Shown: positions 1-9,699, numbered from the stretch's first letter. The stretch is 64,000 nucleotides of DNA from an uncultured Rikenellaceae bacterium (GCA_947038405.1 CAMQVY010000008.1:9247-73246); one strand, 5' to 3'. Translations and numbers: made by a program. The notes: generated by a model from the sequence alone, not told the origin.

Positions 1-431
1 AAGATACAGATGGTAGTGTTGCTTATTTTATTGGTGGCGTAGGAACTGGGGGCACGATAAACGGCATTGGACGTGGACTAAAAGAACACAATCCAAACGT
101 TCAAATCATTGCTGTTGAACCTGCGGACTCTCCAGTACTATCTGGGGGAAAAGCTGGAGCACATAAAATACAAGGAATTGGAGCAGGTTTTATACCTAAA
201 ATACTAGACCTTTCGGCTATTGACGAAGTGATTTCAGTATCTACAGAGCAAGCATATAGTGCAGCAAGAGAGCTATCTCAAAATGAAGCTATTCTTGCAG
301 GCATCTCTGGTGGCGCAGCTCTCTATGCAGCAACTGTAATTGCTAAGAGAGTCGAATCTAAAGGTAAATGTATTGTTGTATTAATTCCTGATGGTGGGGA
401 GAAATACCTTTCAACAGAGCTATATCTGTAG
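1..431 (+). CDS. cysK: cysteine synthase A (O-acetylserine sulfhydrylase), C-terminal part; 5' end outside window
   Basis: The frame is open from position 3 and continuous with ORF 228..431. It translates GGVGTGGTINGIGRGLKE...HKIQGIGAGFIP...AGISGGAALYAA...PDGGEKYLST, which are typical CysK/CysM PLP-enzyme motifs. Confidence 0.85.
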   Translation, partial: DTDGSVAYFIGGVGTGGTINGIGRGLKEHNPNVQIIAVEPADSPVLSGGKAGAHKIQGIGAGFIPKILDLSAIDEVISVSTEQAYSAARELSQNEAILAGISGGAALYAATVIAKRVESKGKCIVVLIPDGGEKYLSTELYL

Positions 432-443
432 AAGTAATATAGA

Positions 444-488
444 TAAAAAAACGAGGTATTCAAAATTAATTGAATACCTCGTTTTTTC
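444..488. terminator. bidirectional intrinsic terminator between cysK and the convergent glycosyltransferase operon
   Basis: 13-bp perfect hairpin acgaggtattcaa (451-463) / ttgaatacctcgt (470-482), with an A-run on the left and a T-run on the right. Confidence 0.8.
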
Positions 489-1492
489 TATTTTAATTTA
501 AACATGACTCGATAGAGTAGATCTATTAACCAAGAGGTTTTCAGAGCTAATACTTTAACAAGTACTTTTTCCGAGCCATTGTATATATCTGCTCGTTTAA
601 GCTCTGTATAGTAACAACTATAATAGGTATTTAAAATACGACATCGCTCGGTAAATGTTTTACCTTTATAACCCCTATACATACTTTTTAACGCTCTAAA
701 TCGCCAATCTGTAACTGTATCAAAGACTTCACTACAAACTTCTCCTGTTCGACGGCTCAATTCTCTCAATTGAGTATCTGTTATATCTGCGATGTTAGTA
801 AAAGTATCATATGAGTGAGATCTCCTCGCTAAACTTACATCACAATCAAAACTATATAGATAATTAAATCTATTTATTACAGATATGTTATCGATTTTCT
901 GTATGAAACGAAAAGTTAACTCAAGGTCTTCACAAAAAGATAGACTTTGATTGAATCTCAAATTATTATCTACAAATACATCTGCTCTATATATCTTTGC
1001 CCATGTATATCCAAAAATTTTAAGTTGACGATCCAAATACGCATAGGCTTCAACAAACTCATCTTCTTGGAAGCGTCTATTTACAATCGTTTGCTCAATA
1101 CTCTCTACCCCACTCTTCAAAAGTGCAAACCCTTGAAAAATCAATCCAACATTTGAGTTAGCCTCTATCTCTGAGACATAATCCAATAACCAATCCTCCT
1201 TCACATAATCATCGCTATCCACAAATGCGATCCAATCTCCAGAAGCACGATCTAAGCCTAGATTACGAGCAGAACTTACCCCTCCATTATCTTTATGAAA
1301 CACTCTAATACGAGAATCTTTCATAGCATAGCTATCACATATATCACCTGATCTATCTGGCGTTCCATCATCAACTAATAGGAGTTCAAAGTTATCATAT
1401 CTTTGTGCCAATATACTATCAATACATCTATGGATATAGCTCTCTGTATTGTAGACAGGGACAATAATTGAGATTAAAGGTTTTAACTGCAT
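488..1492 (-). CDS. glycosyltransferase family 2 (GT-A fold), paralog 1
   Basis: 334-aa ORF with ATG start. N-terminal SIIVPVYNTESYI...LLLVDDGTPD...FVDSDD motifs match GT2 enzymes. It is the last gene of the polysaccharide operon. Confidence 0.85.
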   Translation of the reverse strand: MQLKPLISIIVPVYNTESYIHRCIDSILAQRYDNFELLLVDDGTPDRSGDICDSYAMKDSRIRVFHKDNGGVSSARNLGLDRASGDWIAFVDSDDYVKEDWLLDYVSEIEANSNVGLIFQGFALLKSGVESIEQTIVNRRFQEDEFVEAYAYLDRQLKIFGYTWAKIYRADVFVDNNLRFNQSLSFCEDLELTFRFIQKIDNISVINRFNYLYSFDCDVSLARRSHSYDTFTNIADITDTQLRELSRRTGEVCSEVFDTVTDWRFRALKSMYRGYKGKTFTERCRILNTYYSCYYTELKRADIYNGSEKVLVKVLALKTSWLIDLLYRVMFKLK

Positions 1493-1515
1493 AATGAAAA
1501 TATTTAATTATCTTT

Positions 1516-2550
1516 TTATCTCCCGGTGTTAGCTTTAAAAAGTTTAGATTTCACTTTAAACATAAGACGATAGATCAAATCTATCAATCTAGGAGCCTTC
1601 AGAGCTAAAATTTTAACTATTAATTTTTCACTACCACCATATATATCCAATCTGTTTAAATCGGAGTAATATTGTGTATAATAAGTTTTAATAATTCGAC
1701 GTCTATCTTTAGGAGTCTTATCATTTTCTAGCTCATACAACCTCTTCAACGCTCTAAATCGATGCTGTATAACTGGATCAAATATAGATTCAGAGATATC
1801 ATCTTTTCTAGTACTCAATATTTCTAATTGACTATTTGTAATATCAGCTAAATTAGAGAGAATATCATATGACTTATTAACCCAAGATAGACTACTATTT
1901 CGATCGAACGTATAAATATAATTAAATTTATTAACTACAGCTATACTATCCACTTTGTGCAGAAAACGAAGCGTAAGATCAAGGTCTTCACAAAAAGATA
2001 TATTTTCATCAAACCTGAAATTATTTTGCTGGAAAATATCTGCTCTATATATCTTAGAACATGTAAAACCAAAAATCTCAACCTTACGATCAAGGTATGT
2101 ATAAGCCTCAACAATCTCATCTTCCTTAAAAAGGATAGACTCTAAAGGTAGTCCTAAATACTCTACTCCATCTATCAATTTAATCATACCTTGATAAATC
2201 AACCCCGCATTAGGGCTCTTCTCAATCTCTCGAACATAGTCCGACAACCAACTCTCCTTTACAGAGTCATCACTATCTACAAATGCAATCCAATCTCCAC
2301 TAGCATTATCTAGAGCTAGATTACGTGCAATACTTACCCCTTCATTTTTTTTATGAAACACTCTAATACGCGAATCCTTCAGTGCATACTCATCACATAT
2401 ATCACCCGCTCTATCTGGAGTCCCATCGTCAATCAATAAGAGTTCAAAGTTTTCATAAGTTTGCGCCAATATACTATCAATACATCGATTAATATAACCC
2501 TCTGTGTTGTAGACAGGAGTAATGATTGATATTAGATTTTTTTTAGACAT
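1516..2550 (-). CDS. glycosyltransferase family 2 (GT-A fold), paralog 2
   Basis: 344-aa ORF with SIITPVYNTEGYI...LLLIDDGTPD...FVDSDD motifs. It is collinear with the neighbouring GT2 over its full length. Confidence 0.85.
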   Translation of the reverse strand: MSKKNLISIITPVYNTEGYINRCIDSILAQTYENFELLLIDDGTPDRAGDICDEYALKDSRIRVFHKKNEGVSIARNLALDNASGDWIAFVDSDDSVKESWLSDYVREIEKSPNAGLIYQGMIKLIDGVEYLGLPLESILFKEDEIVEAYTYLDRKVEIFGFTCSKIYRADIFQQNNFRFDENISFCEDLDLTLRFLHKVDSIAVVNKFNYIYTFDRNSSLSWVNKSYDILSNLADITNSQLEILSTRKDDISESIFDPVIQHRFRALKRLYELENDKTPKDRRRIIKTYYTQYYSDLNRLDIYGGSEKLIVKILALKAPRLIDLIYRLMFKVKSKLFKANTGR

Positions 2551-2560
2551 ATCTTAGTCG

Positions 2561-3724
2561 TTAATTTACTGCATTTGTTAAAAAATCGATTGATTTTTCT
2601 CTCAATTCAATTAGTTTAGTGTTTACACTATTAAAGTCAATTTGACTACTTATCATATCAATTCCGGAATAATTACTCTCATCAATGACTCTATCTTGCA
2701 GATTAAATTTAGTTAATAGTGATTCAAACCGTGATGCACCTCTACTATTATTAACAATAGTGATAAATGGTTTATTATATATCAATGAAAAAACTGTACC
2801 ATGAAAAGAGTCTGTAATTACAAAATCACAATCTCTAAATTCAGCAATCCACTTTTCAATAGGTTCAATAACGCATTCATCAATATTTCCACACGTTTTT
2901 AGGGATAATTCCTTAACCTTATTTACTTGATTTACCTCACAATTTAACTTAGATGAAATCATCTGAATAATTTCTTTTTTTCTCTCAGATTCATCTAAAA
3001 TATAGACCATAATACCCTCTTTTTTTATTTCTATTGGATATTTATCAATAATACGATTGTAATCTTCTTTATCCAAAAGCATCGTAGGGTCTAACACAAA
3101 TTCAGCATCAACATTAAAGAGATCTTTAGTTAGCTTAATTCCAGCCGTCTCTCTAACTGATACTGCGTCAAATTGTTTTAATAACCTTCCACACTTCAAT
3201 TGCAACTCTTCAGCATACTCAGATAAATCAACTCCATAAGATGCTGCATATGCAATACGCTTCACCTCTTTTTTCTTATCTATGAATTCAAAAAAATAAT
3301 TTGGCTGCCAGTCATTATATTGTGGTCGCCAAACTTGATCACTACCAACAATAAAAGTATCATATTTATTAATTTCTCTTCTATTAAGCCTATTTCTCCA
3401 AGTCAACAGCTCCGTTACTTGCATATTTTCCATTATGAAACGAGACATATGCCTATTAATATATCTCGATTTTGCTGGCATAGTACTATACTTAATAAAA
3501 GGCAATTTATGTCCGAAGATATTTATTTCTAATATTTTACCATGTATATAATCAACAATATCATTGAATATAGACCTCTTTTGGTAAAAGTTAGAGTGCT
3601 TATCTGTTGTAACATTATATCCCATTCGCCTTAGAACAGATTGCAAAGCATAAGCCTGCAATATACCACCATAATTGATGTTTAATGGTTGAGTTAGTAT
3701 TAGTATATCTCTATTTTTAATCAT
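2561..3724 (-). CDS. polysaccharide pyruvyl transferase family protein
   Basis: 387-aa ORF. The N-terminal ILILTQPLNINYGGILQAYAL and C-terminal VITDSFHGTVFSL resemble WcaK/CsaB-type pyruvyl transferases. Confidence 0.75.
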   Translation of the reverse strand: MIKNRDILILTQPLNINYGGILQAYALQSVLRRMGYNVTTDKHSNFYQKRSIFNDIVDYIHGKILEINIFGHKLPFIKYSTMPAKSRYINRHMSRFIMENMQVTELLTWRNRLNRREINKYDTFIVGSDQVWRPQYNDWQPNYFFEFIDKKKEVKRIAYAASYGVDLSEYAEELQLKCGRLLKQFDAVSVRETAGIKLTKDLFNVDAEFVLDPTMLLDKEDYNRIIDKYPIEIKKEGIMVYILDESERKKEIIQMISSKLNCEVNQVNKVKELSLKTCGNIDECVIEPIEKWIAEFRDCDFVITDSFHGTVFSLIYNKPFITIVNNSRGASRFESLLTKFNLQDRVIDESNYSGIDMISSQIDFNSVNTKLIELREKSIDFLTNAVN

Positions 3725-3758
3725 ACCTTTTTATATCCTTGACAATATATATCCTTAC

Positions 3759-4916
3759 TTAATATTTAAAGAAATTATTCAGTCTATATTTAATTTTCAT
3801 TAATAAAGTTCGCTTCAGCAAACGTGTAATAATCGAGTGAAAAGGCTCTTTTCCAAAGGCAGCAAAAAAATTTTTACGCTTCCCATGTTCAATGGCAGAG
3901 CTGTAAGCAGATTGATTATGCTCCAGTGCATCAGTCAACGCAATCTTTTTGAATTTAGTTTCCTTTTTAATTTTATTAAAATAATACTGTCCTATTTCAC
4001 TATTAATACAAATTAAAGATACACCCTGATTATCATCTAACTCTGGAGTAATATTTTCAACTCCCCATAAATCAGCAATTGTAATATCACTTCCACTCTT
4101 AAATTTTTTAGATGGACAAGCGTGACAGGATGGTCTCAAATATAAATCACGAATAAATCCTTTAAAATACAAATTTTGACTTAATGGTTGAACAATATCT
4201 GATTCTCCTAATTTGGTAACATATCTACACACAAAACGAGAGTCGTGCCACCCATTTCGTTTATCTCTGAAATTAATATTTTTTATATCCTTTATATCGA
4301 AACCTAACCTCTTACTTTGCTCACTAATATATGTTTTAAATACCGCAGGGCTTGGCACTCCATGACAAATAATATCAACACAAATTAAATTAGAGTACTC
4401 TTTTCTCAGATAACGACGTAAGCCTGCAATCTGACATGGTGTACCTGTAAAAAGCACTTTCCGCTCCTCACCAAGATATTTTTTTGCTAATTTATAACAC
4501 TCCCCAATCTCACTTTGCACATATTTTGAACCTCTCATAGAAGCTAATTCATCCACATTGTGAGCCGCAGCGTGCACGACCTCCCACCTCTTATTAAACA
4601 CAGCTCCGAACACAATACCACCATCAGCAATAACGCTCTCTGCCAAAGGGGTGAATATACCTCCAGAGCTACTTTTCCCTCTTATTTCATTATCTTGATT
4701 TACTGCTGCATAAGTGCTCAATGGCTCTCTCTCATCATCTTGAACTAAAACAGGACAAACCCTCTCACACAAGCCACAGTCAATACATTTTAGCACATCC
4801 ACAACTGGATAAAAAAACCCTTCATCATCTGCTCTTAACTCAATGCAGTTAGTTGGACACACCGAAGCACACCCATTACAACCAACACATTTACGTTTAT
4901 CTTCAATATGTATCAT
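3759..4916 (-). CDS. 4Fe-4S protein, coenzyme F420 hydrogenase/dehydrogenase beta-subunit-like
   Basis: Two ferredoxin motifs (CVGCNGCASVCP, CIDCGLCERVCP) are followed by an FrhB-like region. Such proteins usually accompany pyruvyl transferases in Bacteroidales glycan loci. The start overlaps the wzx stop by 4 nt (ATGA). Confidence 0.7.
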   Translation of the reverse strand: MIHIEDKRKCVGCNGCASVCPTNCIELRADDEGFFYPVVDVLKCIDCGLCERVCPVLVQDDEREPLSTYAAVNQDNEIRGKSSSGGIFTPLAESVIADGGIVFGAVFNKRWEVVHAAAHNVDELASMRGSKYVQSEIGECYKLAKKYLGEERKVLFTGTPCQIAGLRRYLRKEYSNLICVDIICHGVPSPAVFKTYISEQSKRLGFDIKDIKNINFRDKRNGWHDSRFVCRYVTKLGESDIVQPLSQNLYFKGFIRDLYLRPSCHACPSKKFKSGSDITIADLWGVENITPELDDNQGVSLICINSEIGQYYFNKIKKETKFKKIALTDALEHNQSAYSSAIEHGKRKNFFAAFGKEPFHSIITRLLKRTLLMKIKYRLNNFFKY

Positions 4917-6454
4917 GCAAATTTATTTTTAATTAGAGTTTTAATTTTAGAGTATACGAATTTTCGCTCATCACGATTTACCCCAATTAAAGCGACTAAA
5001 ATAACGGCTACCAATTCAACAGTAACAACACTTAGAATAAATTCAAAAAAGGTATCAACTTGTATATTCAGATATAAATATGCAGATACCGTGATTGCAC
5101 ATAGTATCAAAGGTCTCATAACAACTTGCTTAACAAATGCTCCTACACTAAACGGTAAAATCCTCTGTAACACGAATAATCTAGCCACAAATGCAATTAA
5201 AGAGATTGCAATTGATACAACAAATATGGTTTGAGGTGGATAGCCCAACCTTAGTAATATATAAGACAGTGGAAGTGAAAATAGTAATATCCCCCCTACC
5301 ACACTTTGATATAATTTAATTCTACCTGTCGCTTGTGCACCAGTCATCAAAGGTCCAGCAAAGGAGTCTATTAGAGATGTAATAAGCGTCAATTGACAGA
5401 AAATTGCTGTGTACGCTGGGGTAAACTTTAACCACAAACCCAATATATAATCTATATGAAAAATAACAGGAACAATTAGAAGAAACATAAGAAGAAAAGA
5501 CAATTTAGCACCTCTTTTCATAAGTTTTAACATTTCATCTATATGCCCCACAGCATAACTCTTAACCATTTGAGGATTCATCGCCATTTGGAATCCTCCC
5601 ACAAACTGAGCAATTGATATATTGACTTTATAGGCTAGTGCTTGCGCGGTATTTACGGCAGGGCCAAAAAATGTATTTACTAATATAACCAACCCCTGCC
5701 TTGAGGCTACTGAAGCTAGATTCCCCCATAGATTCCAGCCAGCATAACTAATCAACTCTTTAAAAAACCTCGGCTCCCATATGAATTTATACTTACTACT
5801 TGGGAAATTTCTCAAACAATACAATCTGTACATTGCACCAATAATGATACTTACAACACATAATGATCCCCCGTATAGTGTCAACTTATCCATCACGATA
5901 TACTGTAATAATATAACTATCCCCAATTTAAGTATAACCTCAACAATAGTTATATATGCAAACACTCCCATCCTCTCATGGGCTATAATCATGGCATGGT
6001 ACGGCACTTGAGTGATTGTTATCATAAAAGATAATACTGCAAATTGATATATCCAATTTGCAGCAACCACACTCTGTTCGGGGATTTCTAGCACATTATT
6101 AACCAACCATAATCCATAAGTTTCAGAGAATATGAATGCAATTATGGCAATAAGAGAGTGTATTGAGAGTGTTACACTAAAAGTTTTACTAAGCTCTGAC
6201 TCATCATTTTTTGCTATCGCAAAACTAAGATAACGTTGAGTACCAGTAGACATTGCACCACTAAGAAATGACAACATTGTAACCGCACCTGCAACAGCTT
6301 CAAAAACCCCAAAATCAACAATGCCAAGTTGACTCAATACTACGTTAGATGTGTACAAAGAAACCCCCATAGCAAATAGCATGCGGAAGTATAGTAATAT
6401 TGTATTTTTAGCTATTAGCTTGTTATTTATATGGCTTTTACCTACACTATTCAT
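4913..6454 (-). CDS. wzx: oligosaccharide flippase (Wzx / polysaccharide biosynthesis protein, MOP superfamily)
   Basis: 513-aa ORF that is strongly hydrophobic and multi-TM throughout. The N-terminal KNTILLYFRMLF...LYTSNVVL resembles Wzx family proteins. It is the first gene of the cluster. Confidence 0.75.
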   Translation of the reverse strand: MNSVGKSHINNKLIAKNTILLYFRMLFAMGVSLYTSNVVLSQLGIVDFGVFEAVAGAVTMLSFLSGAMSTGTQRYLSFAIAKNDESELSKTFSVTLSIHSLIAIIAFIFSETYGLWLVNNVLEIPEQSVVAANWIYQFAVLSFMITITQVPYHAMIIAHERMGVFAYITIVEVILKLGIVILLQYIVMDKLTLYGGSLCVVSIIIGAMYRLYCLRNFPSSKYKFIWEPRFFKELISYAGWNLWGNLASVASRQGLVILVNTFFGPAVNTAQALAYKVNISIAQFVGGFQMAMNPQMVKSYAVGHIDEMLKLMKRGAKLSFLLMFLLIVPVIFHIDYILGLWLKFTPAYTAIFCQLTLITSLIDSFAGPLMTGAQATGRIKLYQSVVGGILLFSLPLSYILLRLGYPPQTIFVVSIAISLIAFVARLFVLQRILPFSVGAFVKQVVMRPLILCAITVSAYLYLNIQVDTFFEFILSVVTVELVAVILVALIGVNRDERKFVYSKIKTLIKNKFA

Positions 6455-6517
6455 ATGTGGATTATGGAGTTTTCATCTAACTGCTATGTGTCAGCAGCGC
6501 TGCTTGCTCTAAGAGAA

Positions 6518-6544
6518 CAAATCTATAATTTATTGACAAATGTA
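6518..6544 (-). promoter_or_regulatory. candidate Bacteroidetes -7 boxes (TAnnTTTG) for the wzx operon
   Basis: CAAATCTA (6518-6525) and CAAATGTA (6537-6544) on the + strand correspond to TAGATTTG and TACATTTG on the - strand, 64-90 nt upstream of the wzx ATG. Confidence 0.4.
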
Positions 6545-6683
6545 TAAATTTATATCCTAAACTATTTAACCTTTCTTCACAAATTTCATCCACACTCAAC
6601 AAATCAACTAAATAAAATGTAAAAAATCAAAAATATAAGGTAATCTTTGGCTACATTTTTGCTATAACTCAATTATAATTTTA

Positions 6684-6691
6684 TAAATTTG
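6684..6691 (+). promoter_or_regulatory. candidate -7 box TAAATTTG for purB
   Basis: It matches the Bacteroidetes sigma-AB consensus TAnnTTTG, 36 nt upstream of the purB ATG. Confidence 0.5.
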
Positions 6692-6726
6692 CACTATATA
6701 ATAAAATCTAAATAAAAAATTAAGAG

Positions 6727-8073
6727 ATGGAATTGAATAGGATTACAGCTATTAGCCCTGTTGATGGGAGATATCGTGCAGCATCTGAGCCACTTGAGGA
6801 GTATTTTTCTGAATACGCATTAATACGTTATAGAGTGTTGGTTGAGATTAAATATTTTATAGCTCTTTGCGAACTACCACTACCTCAACTAGAAGGTGTA
6901 GATAAAAACTTATATGACAACTTAAGAGATATTTATCGTGATTTCAAAGTTGAAGATGCAATGCGCATTAAAGAGATAGAGAAGACAACAAACCATGATG
7001 TTAAAGCCGTTGAGTACTTCATAAAAGAGAAATTCGACTTAATGGGACTTAGCGCTTACAAAGAGTTTATTCACTTTGGATTGACTTCACAAGACATAAA
7101 TAACACTGCTACACCATACTCTCTAAGAGATGCGGCACATAGTGTTTACTATCCAGTACTAGAGGAGCTTGTAGATCAATTATCTTCTTTAGCCGCAGAG
7201 TGGAAAGATATTCCCCTATTAGCACGTACACATGGACAACCTGCATCTCCAACCAAATTAGGTAAAGAGATGATGGTATATGTTGAGCGTATCGAGAAAC
7301 AAGTTAATATGTTGCGTACAATTCCTGCTCCAGCAAAATTTGGTGGTGCAACAGGTAATTTTAATGCACACGTAGTAGCTTATCCTGATATCAATTGGGT
7401 TGAGTTTGCAAACTACTTTGTTAATGAGATTCTAAACTTAGATCGTTCACAAACTACAACACAAATTGAGCACTATGATAACATTGCTGCTATATTTGAC
7501 GCATTCAAACGTATCAATACAATTTTGATCGACCTTAGTCGTGATATCTGGACATATGTTTCAATGAACTACTTTAAGCAGAAAATTAAAAAAGGTGAAG
7601 TTGGATCTTCAGCTATGCCACATAAGGTTAATCCTATTGACTTTGAGAATGCTGAAGGAAATCTTGGAATTGCAAATGCAATATTTGAGCATTTATCTGC
7701 AAAACTTCCAATCTCTCGTCTACAAAGAGATCTTACAGACTCAACAGTATTAAGAAATACAGGAGTACCAATTGCACACACAATTATAGCATTCAAATCT
7801 TTAATCAAGGGTTTAAACAAACTGATTATAAATACAGATGCTATTGCAGCTGACCTAGAAGGTAACTGGGCTGTTGTTGCTGAGGGAATCCAAACAATTC
7901 TACGTAGAGAGCAGTACCCAGAGCCATATGAGGCATTGAAAGCATTAACTAGAACTAACCAAGCAATTACAAGTGACGTTATTGCTGAATTTATCAGTGG
8001 CCTTGACGTAAACGACAATGTAAAAGCAGAGTTAAGAAAAATAACTCCAACAACATATACAGGAGTATATTAA
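6727..8073 (+). CDS. purB: adenylosuccinate lyase
   Basis: 448-aa ORF. AISPVDGRYR at the N-terminus, GSSAMPHKVNP signature loop and fumarate-lyase family layout. Confidence 0.95.
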   Translation: MELNRITAISPVDGRYRAASEPLEEYFSEYALIRYRVLVEIKYFIALCELPLPQLEGVDKNLYDNLRDIYRDFKVEDAMRIKEIEKTTNHDVKAVEYFIKEKFDLMGLSAYKEFIHFGLTSQDINNTATPYSLRDAAHSVYYPVLEELVDQLSSLAAEWKDIPLLARTHGQPASPTKLGKEMMVYVERIEKQVNMLRTIPAPAKFGGATGNFNAHVVAYPDINWVEFANYFVNEILNLDRSQTTTQIEHYDNIAAIFDAFKRINTILIDLSRDIWTYVSMNYFKQKIKKGEVGSSAMPHKVNPIDFENAEGNLGIANAIFEHLSAKLPISRLQRDLTDSTVLRNTGVPIAHTIIAFKSLIKGLNKLIINTDAIAADLEGNWAVVAEGIQTILRREQYPEPYEALKALTRTNQAITSDVIAEFISGLDVNDNVKAELRKITPTTYTGVY

Positions 8074-8128
8074 TAAGCATTCACTACACCCACAAAGTGT
8101 AGTTTTAGCAAACTAAAAAAAAACTATT

Positions 8129-8287
8129 ATGAAAAAGTACAGATGTGACGTTTGTGGTTATGTATATGACCCAGCAGAGGGAGATGTTGATAATGGAGTT
8201 GCTCCAGGAACTTCATTTGAAGATATTCAAGATGATTGGGTTTGCCCACTATGTCAAGAGGGTAAAGAGGTATTTACAGAGATGTAA
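8129..8287 (+). CDS. rubredoxin (52 aa; below the ORF-track size cut-off)
   Basis: Hand translation gives [52 protein letters not shown]. It has both CxxCG / CPxC iron-binding knuckles and conserved Y/W/F residues of rubredoxins. Confidence 0.9.
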   Translation: MKKYRCDVCGYVYDPAEGDVDNGVAPGTSFEDIQDDWVCPLCQEGKEVFTEM

Positions 8288-8296
8288 ATAACAAAT

Positions 8297-8332
8297 AAAA
8301 AGAGAGGAAACTGACGTTTCCTCTCTTTTTTT
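8297..8332. terminator. bidirectional terminator between rubredoxin and the anaerobic sulfatase maturase gene
   Basis: Hairpin agagaggaaac (8301-8311) / gtttcctctct (8316-8326) between an A-run and a T-run. Confidence 0.8.
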
Positions 8333-8333
8333 A

Positions 8334-9602
8334 TTACATCATAAAACCCATTCTCTGCCTTGCAAACTGCATTACCATTGATGGAGGTTGCTTTTGAGCC
8401 AACATTTCAGCCATAAATTTCATATATGGATCAACGTGAGTAAAGAATAATTTGTATCCATCGCAAAGTGTATTTAAACCTTTCTCCCCATCTTCAGTAC
8501 TATCAAATCGATGCTTAGGGCACTCGCCACGACAAGCAAAGTAGTAGTTACATTTTAGACACTGAGTCGGTAGAGTATTTCGTTTATTGATACCGAAAGC
8601 AAATTGCTTATTAGATTTAATCATATCAGCTAGGTTTCCCTCCGTAATATTTCCAACTTTATGCTCTGGATATACGAAGTGGTCACAAGAATATACATCA
8701 CCATTATGTTCCACAACTAGTGCATCACCACAAGTCTCCGTAAATGCACACAACCCTGGTTGAACTCCTACCCATTGAGCCAATGACACATCAAAAAGCT
8801 GCACATAATATCTACCAACATCACTCAATACCCAAATATCAAATATATCATTCATAAACTGTCCGAATCCTTTAGCTGATACTGACCATTCAGCTAAATA
8901 TGAACCCTCTGTATCAGGAGTAACAATGTTAGGTCTTCTGCTGCCTTGCGGTTGAGACACATATTCAACAACTGGAAGGAACTGCATATATTGACTACCT
9001 AACGATTTTAAGAATCTATACACATCTGCTCCTCTACCCTCGCTCAAAGAATTAACTGTTGAGAGAGTATTATATTTTACGGAGTGTTTCGCCATCATTT
9101 CAATAGAGGCTACAACTTTATCAAAAGTTGGCTTTCCACCCTTATCAAGACGAAAGGCATCATGAATACTCTTTGGACCATCAATAGATACACCGATAAG
9201 AAAGTCATTTTCTCTCCAAAATTCACACCACTCACTATTGACAAGTATTCCATTTGTTTGTAGTGTATTCTCAATCTGCTTATCACCTTTATACTTATTT
9301 TGTAACTCGATTGCTTTTCGATAGTAATCAATACCCGTTAAGAGAGGTTCTCCACCATGCCAAGCAAACGTTACAACAGGAACATCATTTGCTTCGATAT
9401 ATTGTTTAATATACTCTTCGAGCAACTCATCGCTCATTTTTGGCTCTTTCTTACCATATATATTCTCCTTATCTAAGTAGTAGCAGTAGTGGCAATCCAA
9501 ATTACACAAAGAACCTATCGGTTTCACCATAGTTGAGAATGCCGTTGGAGCTGCAGATTTTAAAGCATCTGAGAATTTTAATGATTTCTTACGGTTAGCC
9601 AT
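8334..9602 (-). CDS. anaerobic sulfatase-maturating enzyme (radical SAM / SPASM domain)
   Basis: 422-aa ORF. It has the CNLDCHYCYY radical-SAM cluster motif near the N-terminus and a Cys-rich C-terminal SPASM region (CLKCNYYFACRGECPKH). It resembles the Bacteroides ChuR/anSME family. Confidence 0.85.
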   Translation of the reverse strand: MANRKKSLKFSDALKSAAPTAFSTMVKPIGSLCNLDCHYCYYLDKENIYGKKEPKMSDELLEEYIKQYIEANDVPVVTFAWHGGEPLLTGIDYYRKAIELQNKYKGDKQIENTLQTNGILVNSEWCEFWRENDFLIGVSIDGPKSIHDAFRLDKGGKPTFDKVVASIEMMAKHSVKYNTLSTVNSLSEGRGADVYRFLKSLGSQYMQFLPVVEYVSQPQGSRRPNIVTPDTEGSYLAEWSVSAKGFGQFMNDIFDIWVLSDVGRYYVQLFDVSLAQWVGVQPGLCAFTETCGDALVVEHNGDVYSCDHFVYPEHKVGNITEGNLADMIKSNKQFAFGINKRNTLPTQCLKCNYYFACRGECPKHRFDSTEDGEKGLNTLCDGYKLFFTHVDPYMKFMAEMLAQKQPPSMVMQFARQRMGFMM

Positions 9603-9637
9603 TTTATTATTTCAATTAAATTTACTGAATCTATGAG

Positions 9638-9665
9638 TAGTGCGATGAATGATCGCAATGAACAT
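9638..9665 (+). repeat. degenerate 3'-half copy of intergenic repeat family 1
   Basis: tagtgcgatgaatgatcgcaatgaacat resembles ..gcgtgatcgcagtgaacaat of the 53131 copy. It lies in the 5' leader of the sulfatase maturase gene. Confidence 0.35.
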
Positions 9666-9699
9666 ATATATTTTACAACTATTTTTCTGTTTAGAGTAA

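Noticed and set aside
7569-8018. 149-aa ORF antisense to purB. Similar antisense ORFs occur at 12233-12715, 21142-21555, 24610-24948, 29569-29928, 33605-33982, 37936-38301, 53699-54040 and 57632-57964.
   Set aside because: All lie wholly inside confidently identified genes on the opposite strand. They have low-complexity or Ser/Leu/Ile-rich translations with no recognisable motifs. These are typical shadow ORFs in AT-rich DNA.
9110-9331. 73-aa same-strand alternative-frame ORF inside the sulfatase maturase gene. A similar ORF inside ispE (42196-42399) and the ORF at 9578-9772 fall in the same class.
   Set aside because: They overlap well-supported CDSs or promoter DNA, have no start context or motifs, and have an implausible composition.
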